From: Candidatus Odinarchaeota archaeon
GTDB lineage: Archaea; Asgardarchaeota; Odinarchaeia; Odinarchaeales; Odinarchaeaceae
Reading direction: 5' to 3'
DNA length: 17,529 nucleotides
Assembly: GCA_038826135.1 (NCBI GenBank)
Contig: JAWBON010000023.1
Span: 1-17,529, forward strand
Position 1 is the first letter of the stretch. Every line of letters starts with the position of its first letter. This document shows, in pieces, positions 14,026 to 17,529 of the stretch. Under the pieces are notes generated by a model. That model was not told where the DNA came from. It made no database searches and saw only the letters and a list, made by a program, of their open reading frames with translations. The position numbers were made by a program, and so were the translations under genes.

Positions 14026-14808
14026 TTACTTACTCTTCTCCTCATTAAATAATTCAAAAGCCTCATCTGCAGTATAATTATTGTGCACTACAGCTCTAAC
14101 CGCTTTAATCATAGCTAAAGGAGCCTCAGACTGGAATATGTTACGTCCCATATCTACACCAACAGCGCCTGCGTGAATAGCGTTATAAGTAAGTATTAAA
14201 GCGTCCTTCTCAGGTATCTTCTTACCGCCAGCTATCACTATCGGAACAGGGCAGGATTCAACAACTTTCTCAAACCCCTCGCAATAATAGGTTTTAACCA
14301 TATGTGCTCCAATCTCCGCTGCTATACGGCAGGCTAAGCCTAGATATCTACTATCCCTGGTCATATCTTTACCAACAGCTGTCACAGCTAAAACCGGCAT
14401 ACCCACTCTTTCACCCTCGTCTATTAAACTAGCTAAGCTGAGCAGGGTCTGTCTCTCATACTGCGCCCCCACGAAAATAGATAAAGCCACTCCTGAAGCG
14501 TTAAGTCGCACAGCATCCTCCATACAAGTGATTACTCCCTCATTTGAAAGCTCTGTTAGAATACTTGTCCCGCCGGAGACGCGGAGAACTATAGGTGTAC
14601 TTATCTCAGGGTCGATGCATCTTCTAAGAACACCTCTAGTTAGCATAAGACTGTCCGCGTATGGTGTAAGCGGCATAATCGTCTTCCTAGGCTGCTCTAA
14701 ACCTGTAGTCGGTCCTAGAAAATAACCGTGATCTACAGCTAACATAACAGTTCTTCCAGTCTTAGGCTGGATGATACGTGAAAGCCTGTTTTTCAATCCC
14801 CAATCCAT
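14026..14808 (-). CDS. lsrF: LsrF-like class I aldolase/thiolase (DhnA family); real start ATG 14808
   Basis: [36 protein letters not shown], catalytic Lys in MVKTYY, IAGGKK and [11 protein letters not shown] closely follow enterobacterial LsrF as recalled; SD GGAGG upstream. Confidence 0.9.
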   Translation of the reverse strand: MDWGLKNRLSRIIQPKTGRTVMLAVDHGYFLGPTTGLEQPRKTIMPLTPYADSLMLTRGVLRRCIDPEISTPIVLRVSGGTSILTELSNEGVITCMEDAVRLNASGVALSIFVGAQYERQTLLSLASLIDEGERVGMPVLAVTAVGKDMTRDSRYLGLACRIAAEIGAHMVKTYYCEGFEKVVESCPVPIVIAGGKKIPEKDALILTYNAIHAGAVGVDMGRNIFQSEAPLAMIKAVRAVVHNNYTADEAFELFNEEKSK

Positions 14809-14824
14809 AAAAATCCCTCCAAAG

Positions 14825-15034
14825 CTATTTTTTCCTAACAATAATATATCCTTTATCTATTAACCAGTGATGAAACTGCCATGTAGTGTATTTACAACTA
14901 GTGGTGCAAACTCTCCTGACTTCCTCATATTCTTTAGAACCCTCTTGAAGCTGGTTAAGTTTTAGTTGAATAGGGCATTTCACATCGTTACAGAACTCTC
15001 TTTTCCTGTACTCTACATATCCTTCAAGAACCAT
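14825..15034 (-). CDS. Small Cys/His-rich hypothetical protein, putatively metal-binding
   Basis: 69 aa with C-x4-C...C-x3-C...FHHW; SD-like AGGTG upstream; first gene of the lsrF run. Confidence 0.78.
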   Translation of the reverse strand: MVLEGYVEYRKREFCNDVKCPIQLKLNQLQEGSKEYEEVRRVCTTSCKYTTWQFHHWLIDKGYIIVRKK

Positions 15035-15223
15035 GAGCTGACACCTTCTCTGTAATAAAAACCTTAATGTTTTAAATTAAAGCTAGAAGTTATAAATGTT
15101 CTGGAGACAAATATAGTTTAATAAACACTGTTATACTACCATTATACTCGTCTAATTTGAAGCGGGTTCAGCTTGCTCAAAATGGAGTGTAATCTAACAC
15201 GCTATTAGAATAGGTGCGTGAAA

Positions 15224-15682
15224 ATGTGGTGTAGTACTTGTAATAGAGTTTTCGATACATTAGACAGCGGTGTTTGCCCTGTATGCGGTATGAATTCTTT
15301 ACATAAAACACCGGAAATCGCATGCCCTATCTGCGGAGTGAAGATGAAGCCGGGGTATATTTCTGTTCCGCTTAAAATAGACTGGCGTGATAAATGGGTT
15401 AAATCAGGCGATCCGAAGATAACGATAAGTGATAGGGTTGCTGATAGAGGCTGGCTTAGAAGACTAACTTATTACTGTGAAAACTGCTGCAGTTTCTTCC
15501 TTTATAACGCTTTAAAAACATTTACCAGTCAAGCTGAAAGTGTTAAAAAAACTCTTATAGGGCCTTTATGCCCGGAGTGCGGTTCAGAAATAATTGAAAA
15601 AATTAATTTCTGCCCGTTCTGCGGTTTTAAGATTAAAGACGAAGATGAGAAAAAAATACATAGATTAAAACTCGGCTTATAA
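15224..15682 (+). CDS. Multi-zinc-ribbon protein (alternative GTG start at 15218)
   Basis: Six CxxC knuckles (CSTC/CPVC, CPIC/CENC, CPEC/CPFC) forming three predicted Zn sites; SD AGGTG at 15212-15216. Confidence 0.82.
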   Translation: MWCSTCNRVFDTLDSGVCPVCGMNSLHKTPEIACPICGVKMKPGYISVPLKIDWRDKWVKSGDPKITISDRVADRGWLRRLTYYCENCCSFFLYNALKTFTSQAESVKKTLIGPLCPECGSEIIEKINFCPFCGFKIKDEDEKKIHRLKLGL

Positions 15683-15748
15683 ATAAAACAGTCATGTAAT
15701 ATAAGCGGTTAAAATATGTAATCTGCGTTTTGAAAAGTGATTGCGAAT

Positions 15749-16120
15749 TTACAGTTCTATGGGCATATTTTTAATTATCTCCACTGAACGCTTATACCAT
15801 TCCTCTAGGTTTCCGAGCATTTTCTCCCTGAACTTTTCAGCGGGTATCGCATGATAATAGTACATGTAACCGCCGTTCAGAAAGATTTCCCGTTTCCTGT
15901 AGACTAATCCTTTTCCTAATAATGATCCTAGTATTCTTTGAGCTGAAGGCCTGCTCTTATTGATGTTTTTAGATAATTCGCTGACTGTCATAGCTCCTTT
16001 TTTAAGAAGGGTGAGGTATACTTCTAACTCATATTCTTTAAGTCCGAGTGTGCATAATGCAAGGCAGCTTATATTTAAATCCGGCATTGAAATAAACTGG
16101 AATATTTCTTTAGCTTCCAT
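15749..16120 (-). CDS. TrmB-like winged-helix transcriptional regulator (COG3355-type)
   Basis: LCTLGLKEYELEVYLTLL..G.MTVSELS...KSRPSAQRIL..LL.KGLV.R...GGYMYYY pattern; DNA-binding domain only, with no sugar-binding domain. Confidence 0.85.
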   Translation of the reverse strand: MEAKEIFQFISMPDLNISCLALCTLGLKEYELEVYLTLLKKGAMTVSELSKNINKSRPSAQRILGSLLGKGLVYRKREIFLNGGYMYYYHAIPAEKFREKMLGNLEEWYKRSVEIIKNMPIEL

Positions 16121-16164
16121 ATTATCGCCTGTTTATGGTTTTTAATCAACCGTAAATAAATATA

Positions 16165-16181
16165 TATATCTATATGATATA
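16165..16181. promoter_or_regulatory. Inverted repeat TATATC-N5-GATATA in the regulator/thioredoxin divergent promoter
   Basis: Arms at 16165-16170 and 16176-16181; very AT-rich context. Confidence 0.3.
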
Positions 16182-16216
16182 AATTTTTTTATACAGCTAA
16201 CCGTTCAGGTGAGATT

Positions 16217-16627
16217 ATGGTAGCTGATGATTTAGACTTAGAGCGAATAAGGTTGAAAAAAATAAATGATTTAATTAATAAGTCAAAGGAGGTTAAAACA
16301 AGTATGCCTGATAAACCATTAGAGCTGAACCAATTAAATTTTGATAAAATTGTTAATGAAAGTGAACTGCCGGTTCTAGTAGACTTTTACGCTACATGGT
16401 GTATGCCTTGCAAGATGATGGCGCCTGTTATTGAAGATTTAGCTCGAAAATACGCTGGAAAAATCATTGTAGGTAAAGTAGATGTTGATAAGAATCCTAA
16501 ACTAGCGGTTAAATACCAGATTATGAGTGTGCCCACGTTCATGGTGTTTAAAAAAGGAAAATCAGTAGACCGTATTATGGGTGCTGTGGGCAGTAGGCTG
16601 GAGGATATAATAGCCACTCACATATAA
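16217..16627 (+). CDS. trxA: Thioredoxin with an N-terminal charged extension
   Basis: VLVDFYATWCMPCKMMAPV active site, IMSVPTF cis-Pro loop, FKKGK..DRIMGA; SD AGGTGA. Confidence 0.95.
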   Translation: MVADDLDLERIRLKKINDLINKSKEVKTSMPDKPLELNQLNFDKIVNESELPVLVDFYATWCMPCKMMAPVIEDLARKYAGKIIVGKVDVDKNPKLAVKYQIMSVPTFMVFKKGKSVDRIMGAVGSRLEDIIATHI

Positions 16628-16634
16628 TAGAGGG

Positions 16635-17529
16635 CTAACCTGTTTTACCGCTCAATATTTTTCTACACCTCTCTTCTAGCACCTCAGCAGGGAGATCGTA
16701 TAATCTTAGCTGTGTTCTCCTCCCTCTCCTACCAGCTCCAAGATTTATAACCACGCTGGCGATTATACCAAGATCTGACAGAAATTTAATAAACTCTCTG
16801 AAAGCTGATTTTGATTTAGGCTCTAATTTATATTCTTCACATGAAAGCCTATAATATTCATAGGCTTCATCGATTGTTGTTGAAACAATTCCTTTATGCT
16901 TCAATCTCTTAGCGATCGCAAGAGCTGATAGTAGTTCATGTTTTTTCAAGTCTTGAAATATATCGGCTCTAAACTCGGGGTAAACCTCGTCCTTAGCTTT
17001 TCTAATCATTTCAGGTGTAATATTATCCTCGGAAAGATGATCCGCTATTTTACCAGCTCTGAAGAGCAGCTCTATAGCGTGTCTAGCGTTCTCTGTTTTA
17101 GATGCAATATCAGCAACCATTTCAAGAACTTCCTCGGATATAACACCCGCTCTAAACGCCAGCTCCGCCCTGTATTTTACTATTTCTAGGAGTTCATCTT
17201 TAGTGTAACCGGATAAAGTTATCTGGTCTGTTATTCGACCGCTCAGTGTGGTGTTCAGCAAGCTCCTCCACTCGTTTAATCTGCTTATGATAATGGTGGA
17301 TATCCTCGCTGACCCTCCTCCGTAAACATCATTACTTCGTATAATACTGAGGATAGCCTCTCCCCCTAGAATATAGGATTCATCTAACCCTATTAGCAGA
17401 TGCGCTTCTTCACTGTGTAACCGTTTTATCAACATGCTTAGCAATTCTTCATCTGAAAACCCTCTGCTTGTAATATTAAATTTCGCTAAAAGATTACTTA
17501 AAACACTGCTTTTAGTTCTAGCTGCGAAA
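16635..17529 (-). CDS. cdc6: Cdc6/Orc1 replication initiator, 5'-truncated; the frame stays open to the window edge
   Basis: The frame extends upstream of 17444 without a stop (FAARTKSSVLSNLLAKFNITSRGFSDEELL...). Walker B LLIGLDES, ITLSGYTKDELLEIVKYRAELAF, sensor-2 ARHAIELL, C-terminal winged helix with GRRGRRT. Confidence 0.93.
   Translation of the reverse strand, partial: FAARTKSSVLSNLLAKFNITSRGFSDEELLSMLIKRLHSEEAHLLIGLDESYILGGEAILSIIRSNDVYGGGSARISTIIISRLNEWRSLLNTTLSGRITDQITLSGYTKDELLEIVKYRAELAFRAGVISEEVLEMVADIASKTENARHAIELLFRAGKIADHLSEDNITPEMIRKAKDEVYPEFRADIFQDLKKHELLSALAIAKRLKHKGIVSTTIDEAYEYYRLSCEEYKLEPKSKSAFREFIKFLSDLGIIASVVINLGAGRRGRRTQLRLYDLPAEVLEERCRKILSGKTG

Noticed and set aside
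9641-15722. Recurrent (C/T)ATGTAAT in two convergent intergenic gaps (9641, 15693, 15715)
   Set aside because: A 7-8-mer in AT-rich DNA, located downstream of genes rather than in promoters; chance cannot be excluded.
14528-17189. ORFs 14528-14725, 15960-16145, 16387-16617 and 16938-17189
   Set aside because: Antisense shadows of lsrF, the TrmB-like regulator, trxA and cdc6.
1-17529. CRISPR array, IS element/integrase, rRNA or tRNA, defence island
   Set aside because: No regularly spaced repeats, transposase or recombinase motifs, terminal inverted repeats or structural-RNA signatures were seen. The AAA+/VWA pair lacks the accompanying genes of known MoxR-type defence or viral modules.

Overview
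AT-rich archaeal chromosomal window, judged from TATA-box promoters, GGTGA/GGAG Shine-Dalgarno sites, a Cdc6/Orc1 gene and a sulfhydrogenase. The gene content fits an anaerobic, probably thermophilic archaeon, but the lineage cannot be fixed from sequence alone. Left to right: (1) a truncated HxlR/DUF24 regulator missed by the ORF track, divergent from a CoA-disulfide-reductase/NADH-oxidase-like flavoprotein and a complete four-subunit group 3b [NiFe] sulfhydrogenase operon; (2) an unlisted 54-aa ORF; (3) a CbbQ/NorQ-type MoxR AAA+ ATPase with its VWA partner; (4) endonuclease III, two small CxxC proteins, a TPR protein and a HEAT-repeat protein; (5) a QueT transporter; (6) a minus-strand operon of a small 4-Cys protein, an LsrF-like aldolase/thiolase and a Zn-dependent dehydrogenase; (7) a triple zinc-ribbon protein, a TrmB-like regulator divergent from thioredoxin, and a 5'-truncated Cdc6/Orc1. 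I found no tRNA, rRNA, CRISPR array or mobile element. The most striking unexplained signal is a 51-nt, 69% GC leader between a TATA box and the queT start codon, which can fold a hairpin/pseudoknot over the ribosome-binding site. It is a candidate archaeal preQ0/preQ1-type riboswitch. Next most interesting are the clientless AAA+/VWA chaperone pair beside the hydrogenase, the Cys-sensor regulator facing the flavoprotein-hydrogenase run, an Asp-for-Cys Fe-S ligand in the hydrogenase small subunit, and the orphan LsrF operon.
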